This document shows positions 47,802 to 61,400 of a stretch of 64,000 nt of DNA, one piece after another; the first letter of the stretch is position 1; the number at the start of each line of letters is the position of its first letter. Below the pieces are notes generated by a model that saw only the letters and a list, made by a program, of their open reading frames with translations, was not told where the DNA came from and searched no databases. The stretch is taken from contig JBBQUR010000005.1 in the NCBI GenBank assembly GCA_038212275.1, positions 160,001 through 224,000 of the forward strand, given 5' to 3'. The DNA comes from Planctomycetota bacterium (GTDB lineage: Bacteria; Planctomycetota; B15-G4). Position numbers and translations under genes: made by a program.

Positions 47802-50741
47802 GTGTCCCGCTGCCGCCCATGCTCCTGCTTCATGGCCCTGTTTCCGACGCTGCTCGCCCTGCTGTTCGTGGGGCGGCCCGCGGCCGGCCAGGTGCCGCTG
47901 CTCACTTACCACGGCAATTCCAACGGCGCGGAGTTCGGCACCGCACTCGCCTACGCCGAAGGCATCCAGGGCAAGTTCGTGCCGTACATCCTCGTGGGTT
48001 GCCCGGAGGACGACAGCGTCGGCGAGGATGCCGGCCGAGTCGACGTCTACAACAGTGGCGACGGCTCGCTCGTGCGCACGCACTACGGCGCGGCCACTGG
48101 CGACCGCTTCGGCACCGCGTTGGTCGGCCTCCAGGATCTGGACGGCGACGGGCATGGCGACTACGCGATCGGCGCGCCCTTCGCGGACAGCCACGGCACC
48201 GACTCCGGGCAGGTGAAGGTGTACTGCGGCACCGACGGCCATCTGATCGCCACGATCAACGGCCTGGCCGCCGGCGACCGTTTCGGCTCCGCCATGGGCA
48301 ACCTCGGGCTCATCAAGCTCAGCCCGTCGGACCCCGAGGGCCTGCCGAGTCTGGCCATCGGCGCGCCGTATGCCGACGGTCCGGCCGGCGCCGACACGGG
48401 TGCGGTCTTCTTCCGCATCGCCGACGGAAGCCTGATTCCGGGCGTGCTGCCCGAGAAGCGGGGCGTGCAGGCGGCCGAGCACTACGGCAGTGCGATCGAC
48501 GGGCGCCTTGACGCGTTGGTCATCGGCGCGCCCGACTACAACGGCCTCGCGGGCACCGACTCGGGTCGGTACGAGGCGTGGACCGTGTACGGACTCGGTA
48601 GCTCGGGGACGTTCGAGTTCGAGGTGCGCGGCACCGCGCCGAACGCGCATCTCGGCACCGCCGTCGCCATCGTCGACTGGCCGAAGCCGATCGCGACCCT
48701 CTATTCCGTCTACGCGGCGGGCGCGCCGGGCGGAACCTCGCCGTACGTGACGATCGACGCGATCAACACGCTGCTGGGCCAGCCGCCGCAGTCGCACCTG
48801 ACGACGCTCGTCGGTACGGGTGGCTTCGGCTCGGCCGTCGCCAGCACGGGCGCCTCTCTCGGCGGCGGTTCCCTCATCGCCATCGGCGCCCCGGACTTCG
48901 TGGTCGGCGGCACCTCCAAGGGCCGCGTCTGGATCTACGAGTACGGCACCTTCCTCAAGGCGGTGGACGGCGAGGTCACGGGCGAGCGCTTCGGCGCGAC
49001 GATCGCGGGACAGTTCGTGTACCCGGCGGTGTACCCGTACTCGTGGGATCACTTCCTCATCGGCGCGCCGCAGTCGGACGGCACGGTGCCGGACGCGGGC
49101 CGGGTCGTGCAGAACCACGTCGGCGACCTGCAGTTCGAGCTGCCGGCGCCGCCAACCTTCGGCGACGCCGCGGGCAGCGCCGTGGCTGGCGTCGGCGACA
49201 TCGACGGCGATGGCGTGCCCGACGTGCTCGTCGGCAGCCCGGACGACGATGTCCCGGCCTCGTTCCCGATCGTCAGTGAACGCATCGACTGCGGGAGTGC
49301 CAGGGTGCTGTCCGGCGCGACCGGCGCGGTGCTGCGCACGCACCTCGGCGGCTCCGACGGCGATCACCTCGGCGCATCGGTCGCGGCGCTGGGCGACATC
49401 AACCTCGATGGCACCACCGACTACGTGATCGGCGCACCGCAGTTCGACAACACGAGCACCACCGCCGGCTACGCGATCGTGGTGTCCGGCAAGACGGGCT
49501 CCACGCTGTTCACGCTGAACGGCTTCTTCAACTCCGGCGAGTTCGGCGCGGCGGTCGGCGGCGGCAGCGACGTGAACGGCGATGGCAGACCCGACATCCT
49601 GGTCGGCTCGCCAGGCACCTCCAACGGCAACGTGACCGCGTACTCGGGCATCAACGGCGCCTCGCTCGGCGTCGTCAACGGCGCGAACGCCGGCGACCGC
49701 TTCGGCGCCGCGGTCGCGGGCCTCGGCGCGGACCTCGACGGCGACGGCAAGCAGGAGTACGTCGTCGGCGCGCCGGGCTTCGACGGTCTCGGCGGCGCCG
49801 ACAGCGGGCGCGCCTACCTGATGAAGAGCGTCGTCTCGCTGTTGACGATCAACGCCGCGAGCGGTTTCCATGCGAACGATCACCTGGGCACGGCGGTCGC
49901 GGCCGCGGGCGACGTGAACAAGGACGGCAAGGCCGACTACCTCGTCGGCATTCCCGAGTACGACAGCCCGGCCACGGACGCCGGCCGCGTGCAGCTCCTC
50001 TCGGGCGTCGCCGGCTTGCCCACGCAGCTCGCGACGGTCTCGGGCCTCGGCGCCAACGACCGCTTCGGCAGCTCACTCACCGCCCTCGGCGACGTGAACC
50101 ACGACGGCTGGCTCGACTGGGCCGCCGGCGCGCGCGAGCTCGACCCGTTCCTGCCGGGCAACGGCTACGTGCGCATCATGTCCGGCAAGGACAACACGCA
50201 GCTTCTGCTCATCGCGGGCTCAGTGAGCGAGACCTTCGGCGCCGCGATCGCGGATGCCGGCGACGTGGATGGCGACGGCACGCGCGACCTGCTGGTCGGC
50301 GGCCCGTACGACAACAGCTTCGGGTACCACTCGGGCGCCGCGCACGTCGTCTCGCTCGCCACCGGCGCGCCGGTCTGGACCGACCTGGGCTTCGCGCTGG
50401 CCGGCACGCCGGGCCTGCCGTCGCTGGTGGGCACCGGCAGTCTGGTGGCCGGAACCGCCGGCGCGCTCACGCTCTCGAACGCGAAGGCCTCTTCGCTCGC
50501 GTACGTGTTCGTCGCGCTGTCCGCTGCGCCGACGCCGTTCAAGGGCGGCACGCTGGTGCCGATCCCGCCGCTGCTGACGCTCGTGCTGGGCACCAACGCG
50601 TCGGGCGGCCTGACGCTGCCGTGGGCCGCGTGGCCCGCGGGCCTCTCGGGCCTGGACCTGTACTTCCAGGAAGCGATCCAGGACGCCGCCGCGGTGAAGG
50701 GTGCCGCGCTGAGCAACGCGCTGCGCGCCGACGTGCCGTGA
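47802..50741 (+). CDS. integrin-alpha/FG-GAP repeat exoprotein with conserved ~120-aa C-terminal domain
   Basis: Signal peptide; more than 10 FG...DxxGDG...GAP repeats; GGAG SD before GTG 47802 (ATG 47832 is an alternative). C-terminus is homologous to that of CDS 2..2011. Confidence 0.9.
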   Translation: MSRCRPCSCFMALFPTLLALLFVGRPAAGQVPLLTYHGNSNGAEFGTALAYAEGIQGKFVPYILVGCPEDDSVGEDAGRVDVYNSGDGSLVRTHYGAATGDRFGTALVGLQDLDGDGHGDYAIGAPFADSHGTDSGQVKVYCGTDGHLIATINGLAAGDRFGSAMGNLGLIKLSPSDPEGLPSLAIGAPYADGPAGADTGAVFFRIADGSLIPGVLPEKRGVQAAEHYGSAIDGRLDALVIGAPDYNGLAGTDSGRYEAWTVYGLGSSGTFEFEVRGTAPNAHLGTAVAIVDWPKPIATLYSVYAAGAPGGTSPYVTIDAINTLLGQPPQSHLTTLVGTGGFGSAVASTGASLGGGSLIAIGAPDFVVGGTSKGRVWIYEYGTFLKAVDGEVTGERFGATIAGQFVYPAVYPYSWDHFLIGAPQSDGTVPDAGRVVQNHVGDLQFELPAPPTFGDAAGSAVAGVGDIDGDGVPDVLVGSPDDDVPASFPIVSERIDCGSARVLSGATGAVLRTHLGGSDGDHLGASVAALGDINLDGTTDYVIGAPQFDNTSTTAGYAIVVSGKTGSTLFTLNGFFNSGEFGAAVGGGSDVNGDGRPDILVGSPGTSNGNVTAYSGINGASLGVVNGANAGDRFGAAVAGLGADLDGDGKQEYVVGAPGFDGLGGADSGRAYLMKSVVSLLTINAASGFHANDHLGTAVAAAGDVNKDGKADYLVGIPEYDSPATDAGRVQLLSGVAGLPTQLATVSGLGANDRFGSSLTALGDVNHDGWLDWAAGARELDPFLPGNGYVRIMSGKDNTQLLLIAGSVSETFGAAIADAGDVDGDGTRDLLVGGPYDNSFGYHSGAAHVVSLATGAPVWTDLGFALAGTPGLPSLVGTGSLVAGTAGALTLSNAKASSLAYVFVALSAAPTPFKGGTLVPIPPLLTLVLGTNASGGLTLPWAAWPAGLSGLDLYFQEAIQDAAAVKGAALSNALRADVP

Positions 50742-50818
50742 GGCTGGAGCCGCCGACCGTGTCCGTGCGCGACCGCGCTGTCGTCGTCGCGTTCGGGCTG
50801 CCGGTGACAGGGAAAGCG

Positions 50819-51045
50819 ATGGGGAAAGCCGAAACGCCGGGGAAAACGTCGGTGAAAACGACGGGGAAAACGCCCGCCGCGATCCTGGCGCTGCTGGAAT
50901 CGGACCCGGGCCTGTCGCTCCCGGAGTTGGCTGAGCGCCTGGGCAAGTCTCCGCGCGCCATCGAGCGCGCCGTGAAGAAGCCCCGCGAGTCCGGCCGCCT
51001 GGAGCGCATCGGCCCCGCCAAGGGTGGCCGCTGGCACGTGATCGA

Positions 51046-51049
<4 letters not shown>
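50819..51049 (+). CDS. stand-alone winged HTH, probably the C-terminal remnant of a Fic/RecG-like regulator
   Basis: GKT-type linker repeats followed by ILALL..DPGLSLPELAERLGKSPRAIERAV...LERIGPAKGGRWHV. Confidence 0.6.
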
Positions 51050-52276
<1,227 letters not shown>

Positions 52277-52368
52277 GCCGGATACGACTCGTGCCTGGTC
52301 AACCTTGCATCGTCGGCCGACCGGCGTGACTCCGCAGGAATCCTCGGGGCGCCCACGCTGGGGCGACC

Positions 52369-52411
52369 CAGTCCCTGAATCCCGCAGCCCCGCAGTCCCT
52401 CAGTCCCGCAG
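52369..52411. repeat. 8-bp tandem repeat CAGTCCC(G/T)-like x5 spanning the AAA+ ATPase stop codon
   Basis: cagtccct gaatcccg cagccccg cagtccct cagtcccg cag. Confidence 0.75.
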
Positions 52412-54137
52412 GCTCTTCGCCATGTCGTCGAAGACGTCCTTGTAGATGCGGCCGCCGATCAGCTCGTCCTTGGCGACGAGCGAGTTCAGGTAGAGGCCTT
52501 CGAGGACCAGCTCCATCACGGCGGCGAGTTCTTCGTCGGTCTTGCTGGGCAGGTGGCGGTCCGCGACGTCGCGCAGACCCGGCACGGCGTCGAGCAGCGC
52601 GAAGAACTCGCGCGCGGGCAGCTCGTCGGAGAGGTCGAGCGTCCCGCCCTTGCGGAACCAGCGCAGGATGGGCTTGTAGGCCGAGTCTTCCTCGGGCGCA
52701 TCGAGGCTGCCGCTCGGGGCGGGGCCGTCGGGGCCGCGGCCCTTCGCCGAGCCGCCCTTGCCACCGCTTCCGCGCTCGGCGCCTGCGCGTCCGCCTCTCT
52801 CGCTGCTGCCACCGGCTGCGGAGTCTCCGGGTGCGCCGCCACGAGGTCGCGCATCGCTGCGACCCGTCACCGCGAGCGCATCGGGGAAGTGCCGCGCGAA
52901 GACGGTCTTCAGCGCGTGGCCCACGAGGTGCAGTGCCACGGCCGCGGGGCCCTCGCGCTCGCCTTCGTAGACCAGCTCGATCTTGCCGGTGATGGCCGGC
53001 GTCGCGGCGACGAGGTCGGCGACGCGAGCGACGGCGTGGCTCTCGTGCGCGAGGATCGCGCGGCGCTCGGCGCCCGAGACGAGGTTCTCCATGAGCGCGA
53101 TGGTGACGCGCGCGGAGACGCCGCTGTTCTGGTCCACGAACTCGTTGGCGCGCGCCGCGAAGGCCACGTCTTCCACCGCGTCCTTCAACCACTCGGGGAC
53201 GGTCACCACGACGGTGTCGCGGGCGTCGCCGGCATCGCCACTGCCGGCCACGCCGCCGGCCGCTCCGCGCGCCTCGCCGCCCGCGCCCTGCGGCACGGAG
53301 CGATCCACCCACGCCTCCTGCGCGGTGATCGCGCGGCCTTCGGCCAGCGTGCGCGGATAGTGCGTGAGGATCTGGCTCGAGATGCGGTCGCGCAGCGGCG
53401 TGATGATGCTGCCGCGGTTGGTGTAGTCCTCGGGATTGGCGCTGAAGACCAGCGCGAGGTCCAGCGGCAGGCGCACGGGGAAGCCGCGGATCTGCACGTC
53501 GCCCTCTTCCAGGATGTTCAGCAGGCCCACCTGGATGCGCGCCTGCAGGTCGGGCAGCTCGTTGATCGCGAAGATGCCGCGGTTGGTGCGCGGGATGATG
53601 CCGTAGTGGATGACCTCGGGGTCCGCGAAGGAGAGCTTGCGCGTCGCGGCCTTGATCGGGTCGATGTCGCCGATGAGGTCGGCGACGGTCACGTCGGGCG
53701 TCGCGAGCTTCTCGCGGTAGCGCTCCTCGCGCGGCCACCACGCGACGGGCAGGTCGTCGCCCATTTCCGCGTGGCGGCGCCGGCACGCGGCGCAGATCGG
53801 CGCGAGCGGGTCGTCGTTGAGTTCGCAGCCGGCGACGACGGGCACGGCGTCGTCCAGCAGCGCGGGCAGCGCGCGCAGCAGGCGCGTCTTGGCCTGGCCG
53901 CGCAGGCCCAGCAGGATGAAGTCGTGGCCGGAGAGAATGGCCTTCTGCACCTGCGGGACCACCGTGCGGTCGTAGCCGATGAGCCCGGGGAAGACGCTCT
54001 CGCCGCGGCGGAGCTTGTCGATGAGGTTCTCGCGCAGCTCCTGCTTCACGGGCCGGCTCTTCCAGCCGGACGCCTTGAGGGCGCCGAGGGTCCCGGCGCG
54101 CGAGTGGGGCTTCAAGCGGACCTCATGCGGACTGAGC

Positions 54138-54148
<11 letters not shown>
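52400..54148 (-). CDS. magnesium chelatase-like / MoxR-type AAA+ ATPase
   Basis: Walker [29 protein letters not shown] and [22 protein letters not shown] motifs; TTG 54114 is an alternative start. Confidence 0.9.
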
Positions 54149-55292
<1,144 letters not shown>

Positions 55293-55429
55293 GACTGCCT
55301 TGTCGGATGCTCGAAGGGCGCGCCTGAACGGCTGGCCACTCTAGCCCCGCTTTCCCGCTTTCGCCGCATCGTTGCCGCGAAGGCGACGGCAGACCGCAGA
55401 ACTCCGGCGGCCGGGGCGCGGCCGGCTGC

Positions 55430-55435
55430 TAGGCT
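55430..55435 (+). promoter_or_regulatory. putative -10 box TAGGCT, 7 nt before the methyltransferase GTG
   Basis: tgcTAGGCTcggccccGTG. Confidence 0.5.
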
Positions 55436-55442
55436 CGGCCCC

Positions 55443-56513
55443 GTGATCAAGTATCTGGGCAGCAAGCGCCGGCTCGTGGAGGCCATCGTGGCCCTGGTGG
55501 CCGGCGTGGACGGCGCGCGCTCCGTGCTGGACCTGTTCTCGGGCACCTCGCGCGTCGGCCACGCGCTGAAGTCCGCGGGCTTCCGCGTGCTGGCCAACGA
55601 CCACAATGCCTACGCGCAGGTCCTGGCGCGCTGCTACGTGCAGGCCGACCGGGAGGACGTGCTGCACGCGGCGGAGCAGCTCGTCGCCGAGTTCAATGCG
55701 CTGCCGGGCGCGCCGGGCTGGTTCACGGAGACGTATTGCGAGCGCTCGCGCTTCTTCCAGCCGGCCAACGGCGCACGCATCGAGGCGGTGCGCGAGGCCA
55801 TCGCGCGCAAGTCGCTCCCGCCGGAGCTGGAGGCCGTGCTGCTCGTCGCGCTCATGGAGGCCGCCGACCGCGTGGACAGCACCACCGGCGTGCAGATGGC
55901 CTACCTCAAGGCCTGGGCGCCGCGCGCCGGCCAGCCTCTGCGCCTGCGCATGCCCGAGGTCCTGCCGCGCGCGGCCGGTGGCAAGGGCGAGGCTCATGGG
56001 CTGGACGCGGTGGAGGCCGCCGGTCGCCTCGCCGCGGACGTGGCCTATCTCGATCCGCCGTACAACCAGCACAGCTATCTCGGCAACTACCACGTCTGGG
56101 AGACGCTCGTGCGCTGGGACCGGCCGCCGGTCTACGGCGTGGCCTGCAAGCGCGAGGACTGCCGCACGCGTCAGAGCGTGTTCAACTCGCGCCCGCGCTT
56201 TGCCGGCGTCATGCGGCGCGTCATCGAGAGCGTGGAGGCGCGCGTGCTCATCGTCTCCTTCAACGACGAGGGCTGGCTTCCACGCGACGAGCTGGAGGCG
56301 CTGCTTGCGAGCCGCGGGCCGGTGACGGTGATCGCGCACGATCATCCGCGCTACATCGGCGCTCAGATCGGCATCTACAATCCGCAGGGCGAGAAGGTGG
56401 GCCGCATCGGCCACCTGCGCAACACCGAATACCTTTACGTGGTCGGCACGGAGGGCGTCCCGCGCGGCATGGAGTCCGCAGCCGGGGTGCTCCCGCTTCG
56501 CACGGGGAGCTGA
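55443..56513 (+). CDS. DNA adenine methyltransferase (D12/FokI-like, alpha motif order), orphan
   Basis: IKYLGSKRRL, DLFSGT (SAM binding), YLDPPYN (catalytic) and EYLY motifs. Confidence 0.9.
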   Translation: MIKYLGSKRRLVEAIVALVAGVDGARSVLDLFSGTSRVGHALKSAGFRVLANDHNAYAQVLARCYVQADREDVLHAAEQLVAEFNALPGAPGWFTETYCERSRFFQPANGARIEAVREAIARKSLPPELEAVLLVALMEAADRVDSTTGVQMAYLKAWAPRAGQPLRLRMPEVLPRAAGGKGEAHGLDAVEAAGRLAADVAYLDPPYNQHSYLGNYHVWETLVRWDRPPVYGVACKREDCRTRQSVFNSRPRFAGVMRRVIESVEARVLIVSFNDEGWLPRDELEALLASRGPVTVIAHDHPRYIGAQIGIYNPQGEKVGRIGHLRNTEYLYVVGTEGVPRGMESAAGVLPLRTGS

Positions 56514-56519
56514 GAGGCG

Positions 56520-57893
56520 ATGGAGACGGGGACGGTCGTCGTGCTGGTCGTGCTTGCCGCCGCCGTGGGCGCGCTGGCCTGCCTGGTCTGGGCGCGGCAG
56601 CGGGCCGCCGCGCAGCGCGAGCAGGATCGCGCGGAGCATGCCGCGGAGTTGCAGCGCGTTCAGGCCGGACACGCGATGGCGCTGGCCGAGGCGAACGCCG
56701 CGCGTGAGCGGGTGCGCGACGAGCTGACGGGCACGGCGGCCCTGCTCACCGAGGCGCGCGTCAAGCTGGAGACGTGGCAGGCGGCGCAGGCCACCGAGGC
56801 GGAGCTGCGCAAGAACGTCGAGAACCAGTTCGAGGCGCTCGCGGCCAAGGTCGTCGCCGCGCAGAGCGAGGAATTCCTGAAGAGCGCCGGCGCGACACTG
56901 GAGCAGCGCAGTGCGGCCATCGCCGCCTCGCTCGCGCCGTTCAAGGAGCAGCTCGACAAGCTGGCGGCTGGCACGCAGGCGCTGGAGACCAAGCGCGAGG
57001 GCGCCTACGGCGAGATCCGGCAGCACCTGACGAACCTCGCGCAGACCACGCAGTCGCTGCAGGCGAGCAGCACGACGCTGCTGACGGCCCTGCGCACGGG
57101 CAGCAGCGCGCGCGGCCGCTGGGGCGAGATGCAGCTTCAGAACATCGCCGAGCTGGCCGGCATGACGAAGCACTGCGACTTCGAGACGCAGGTGGTGCTC
57201 AAGGACGGCAGCCGCCCCGACATGATCGTCAAGCTGCCCGGCGCGGAGGGGCAGATCCCGGTAGATGCCAAGGTGCCGATGGACGCCTACCTGCGCGCGC
57301 TGGAGGCCGCCGACCCCGCGGTGCGGGCGGCCGAGCTGCTCGCGCACGCTGCCGCGCTGCGCAAACACGTGCTCGACCTCGGCCGACGCGACTACGCCGC
57401 GGCGCTCGGCGCACGCGTGGACTACACCGTGCTCTTCGTCCCGGGCGAGCCGATCCTGGCCGCGGCCTTCGAGGCGGCGCCCGAATTGCAGGCCGAGGCG
57501 ATGGAGCGGCGCGTGCTCATCGCGACGCCCGTCACGCTGGTCGCGCTGCTGCGCACGGTGGCGCTCTACTGGCGCCAGCAGAACCTCGCGGAGAACGCCC
57601 ACGTGCTGTGGGACGAGGCGCGCGAGTTCCACAAGCGCGTCACGGTCTTCTTCGGGCACATCGACGGACTCGGGCGCGCGCTCGACTCGGCCATCGACAA
57701 GTACAACAAGGCCGTGGGCAGCTACGAGAAGAAGGTGCTGCCGCAGGGCCGCCGGCTCGAGGAACTCGCGCCTCCGGCCAGCGACGACGGCCGCCTGCCG
57801 GAGCTCGAGCCGCTCGAGGAGCAGGTGCGCACGCTCGCGCCGGCCCGCCGCGATGCCGGCAGCGCCGACGACGTCAGCCTGGAGGCTCGCTGA
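56520..57893 (+). CDS. rmuC: DNA recombination protein RmuC
   Basis: N-terminal TM and coiled coil; RGRWGEMQL, RPDMIVKLP, VDAKVP, LFVPGE and ATPVTL motifs. Confidence 0.95.
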   Translation: METGTVVVLVVLAAAVGALACLVWARQRAAAQREQDRAEHAAELQRVQAGHAMALAEANAARERVRDELTGTAALLTEARVKLETWQAAQATEAELRKNVENQFEALAAKVVAAQSEEFLKSAGATLEQRSAAIAASLAPFKEQLDKLAAGTQALETKREGAYGEIRQHLTNLAQTTQSLQASSTTLLTALRTGSSARGRWGEMQLQNIAELAGMTKHCDFETQVVLKDGSRPDMIVKLPGAEGQIPVDAKVPMDAYLRALEAADPAVRAAELLAHAAALRKHVLDLGRRDYAAALGARVDYTVLFVPGEPILAAAFEAAPELQAEAMERRVLIATPVTLVALLRTVALYWRQQNLAENAHVLWDEAREFHKRVTVFFGHIDGLGRALDSAIDKYNKAVGSYEKKVLPQGRRLEELAPPASDDGRLPELEPLEEQVRTLAPARRDAGSADDVSLEAR

Positions 57894-57895
57894 GC

Positions 57896-58432
57896 ATGCT
57901 GCGACGGCTGGTGCTGATCGTCGTGTTGCTGGGTGCGCTCGTGGGGTTGGCCGCGGTGTGGGGCGGCACGCTGCCGGTGGGCCACCGCGCCGCCGTGTCC
58001 GCGCACATCTCCCGCACGCCGGATGTGGTGTTCGACGCGCTCGCGGATTTCCAGGGCTCGCTTGCCTGGCGCAGCGACATCACGGGCATCGAGCGCGTTG
58101 CCGACCGCGACGGCAAGCCCGTGTGGATCGAGCAGGGCTCGCACGGTCCGCTGCCGCTGGAGGTCACCGCCAGCGAGCCGCCGCACCGGCTCCTGCTCAC
58201 GATCCTTCCCGGCGCGGATCTGCCCTTCGAGGGCGCGTGGACGTTCCTGCTGGCGCCGGAGGCCGAAGGCACGCGGCTCACGGTGGTGGAGGAAGGCCGT
58301 GTCCCCAGCCCGCTGTTCCGTGCGCTGGGCAAGCTCTTCTTCGACGAGCACGCAACGATGCGCACGTACGTGCAGGAACTCGGCCGTCATTTCGGCGAAG
58401 TGACCGTGGTGGCCGAGGTGCCCGCACCCTGA
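57896..58432 (+). CDS. SRPBCC/polyketide cyclase family protein
   Basis: N-terminal TM; LPVGH, WRSDI and FEGAWTF...GTRLTVVEEG..PLFR motifs. Confidence 0.82.
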   Translation: MLRRLVLIVVLLGALVGLAAVWGGTLPVGHRAAVSAHISRTPDVVFDALADFQGSLAWRSDITGIERVADRDGKPVWIEQGSHGPLPLEVTASEPPHRLLLTILPGADLPFEGAWTFLLAPEAEGTRLTVVEEGRVPSPLFRALGKLFFDEHATMRTYVQELGRHFGEVTVVAEVPAP

Positions 58433-58435
58433 CGC

Positions 58436-61400
58436 TCAGGGCAGCGTGAGCGTCGCGGCGTTCTTCGCGTTGGCCGACTGGTTGTAGAAGAAGTCCGGCG
58501 TGTCGCCGCCGAAGCCGATGAAGAAGGCGTCGGCCGTGGCGGTGCTGCCGATGTAGGCCGGGCTGAGCGTGAGCATTGTCGGCGCGGCGGGGGTGTAGGG
58601 CCCCAGCGTGAACGTCGCCACGCCGGCGGCATTCGTGCGCTGCGTGGGGAAGAAGTCGGCGCCGCCGAGGTCGCCGGCCCAGAGCGCGCGCACCGGCGCA
58701 TCGTTCACCGGGAGGCCGGCGTGATCCACGACGGTGATCGTGCCCGTCACGGTGAAGGGCCCGCTGCCCGAGGTCTGCAGCGTGATGTCGGCGACGTGAT
58801 AGAGCGGCGGCTCCGTCGTGAAGCTGCCTTCCGCGATGCCCGCGTTGCCGCTGCGATCCGTCGCCGTGACGCGCCAGAAGAGCAGCGTGCGCGCGGGCAG
58901 GTCGGTGAGGATGACGTCGTGCTCCGAGCGCAGCGCGACGTCGGCCACGGCGGGAAGCGTGTAGTTGCCGGCGGCGAGGCCCAGCTCCACGAGCAGCATC
59001 GCCGGCTCGTCGCAGGCCGCGTGCAGCGTGGCCGTGTCGGTGAAGACGTCGAGCGCCGACGCGGTCAGGAACTGCGGCGCCGTCGTATCGCCTGGCAGCG
59101 TGGCATTGCCGACCAGCGGGTTGCCGCCCGCCAGCAGCTCGACGCTGTCGGCGAAGCCGTCGCGGTCGGTGTCTGCGCTGTCCGGGCTGGTTCCGGTGCC
59201 CCGCTCGATGCCGTCCGGGATGCCGTCCTCGTCGCGGTCGATGCCCAGGCGCACGGCCATGCCGGGCGGCACGCAGGTGAAGGTCGCGAGCATCTTGCCC
59301 GTGGTGATCGCACCCACGATGGGGCCGCGCGGGATCCAGCGGCCGGTGTCGGTCTGGTAGCGGAACTCCTGGCTGAGCGGGTCGAAGCCGAAGCGCAGGC
59401 CCACCGGCACGCGGGCGCCGCCGGGCAGCAGCAGCTGCGTCTTGCCGATGAGCTCCACGGCGGGCGGCGACAGCTCGGCCTGGCCTTCCGCGAGATCGAG
59501 CCAGTCGTACAGGCCCGAGTAGTCGCTCGCGTCGGCGCTGAACTGCTGGCCGACAAGCGGCGAGAGGCCCGTGTCCCAGCCGCGCACGAAGGTGGCGATG
59601 GCGTCGCGATCAGCGGCCGTCAGCAACGGGAAAGCCGGTGCGCCGTTGGGCGGCACGAAGTCCAGGAATTCGTCGAGGCCGTTCAGCGCGCCGTCGTGCA
59701 GCGTGCCGAAGCCGGTGAGCGTGGGGAACTCCTTCTCGTAGGTGCCGCGGAGCTGCGCGGTGTTGAAGAGCTGGCCCTCGCCGTCGAAGTTCACCGTCGC
59801 CTGCGAGCCCGTGAAGTCCGTGCCGTCGGTGAAGTTGCCCTTGTGGCAGTCGATGCAGGTCACGTTGCCTGGAATGGCGTTGTTGTATTCCTTGCCCGGC
59901 ACGAGCGGGTTCATGCCGAAGAGGTCGCGGCCCGTCGCGGCGATGCCGGTGTAGACGCGGTCCTTCGGTTCGTGCGGGTTGGGCGGCCAGGTCAGCGAGC
60001 GCACGAAGCTGGAGAACTCCTGCATGTCGCCGGCGCTGATGCCGCTGCCGCCGAGCAGGCCCTCGAAGGCGCCGCGGAACAACTGCAGGAATCGGCGATC
60101 GCCGCGCCAGTGCAGCGGCACCGCGCCGCCGCTGTCCAGACCGCGCAGCGACTGCGTGGTCATCGGGCCCTTGAGCGGGTGCGTCATGATCGAGGTCTTC
60201 AGCGCGAGCTTCGCGCTGTCGAAGCCGAGCGTGCCGGTCATCGCGTCGTCGTAGAAGTAGCCGAGCGCGCCCTGTGGATTGCCGAGGTCCCACGCGAGCT
60301 GATCCATGTGCCCGAAGACGTGGCACGACGCGCAGCTGAAGTTGCCCGTGCCGGCGCCGGTGACGGCGCTCGCGTCGTAGAGGTGACGCCGGCCGACGGC
60401 CACGCCCTGCGGCTCGGGGTCCACGGCCAGTGCGCGCGGCCGGCCGACCGGTGTCAGCGTGGCGCCGAGGTCGAACGCGACCAGCCGCTTGTCGCCGCGC
60501 GTGAAAACGTAGAGCAGCGCGTGCTCGTCGTCCACGGCGAGCCCGGTCGGCAGCGAGCCGACGGAGACTTCCTGCAGCAGCTGGCCGGTGGCGGCGTCGA
60601 GCACGAGCAGCGTGTCGTCGCCGAGGCAGGCGACGAAGGCGCGCGCTCCGGACGCGCCGGTGCTGAAGGCGATGGCGACGGGCTGGGCGTGCTGAGCGGT
60701 CGTCGTCGGCGGCGCGAGCACGATGCGCTGCAGCAGTGCACCGCCCGGCGCCATGATGGAGATTGCATTGTCGAAGGCCGCGCCCGAGAGCACCGGCTCG
60801 AAGCGCGTGCGGTTGTGCGCGAGCTGAGCGGCGACCCACAGCGCGCCGGTCACCGGGTTGCGCTCCAGCGCCAGCAGCGTGCTGCCCGCGTCGGTGGAGA
60901 GCGCCGGCAGCAGCGCGCCGGTGGCCGGGTCGATGCCGATCACGTCGCGGTCGGCCAGCTGCGGCACGAAGCCGGGATACTCGCTGTCGAAGACGATGCG
61001 CGAGGTCTGCGGGATGGCCCAGCCGAACACGCCGAAGTTCTGGTTGAGCCACGCGAGCGTGGAGAGCTGCGGCAGCGTCAGCACGGCATTCGTCGCGAAG
61101 GGCAGGTCAAAGGCATCCAGCGTCAGCTGGCTCAGCCCGAGCGTGGCGGTCTGCGACACGTCCAGCACGGTGGTGTGGTTGCCGGAGTTCTGCGGGATGA
61201 CCCACACGGCGCCGTCGGCCTCGGCCAGGGCGCGCGGCTTGTGGCCCGGCACCGCCACGCGCTGCAGCACCGCGTACGGCGGCGAGGCGGAGGCGATGAC
61301 CACGGCGTTCTCGACGAAGCTGCCCGGCTCGGTGAACGAGTCGGCCTGCGCGGAGCGGGCCGTGGCGACGAAGAGCCTGTCGCCGATGACCAGCACGTCC

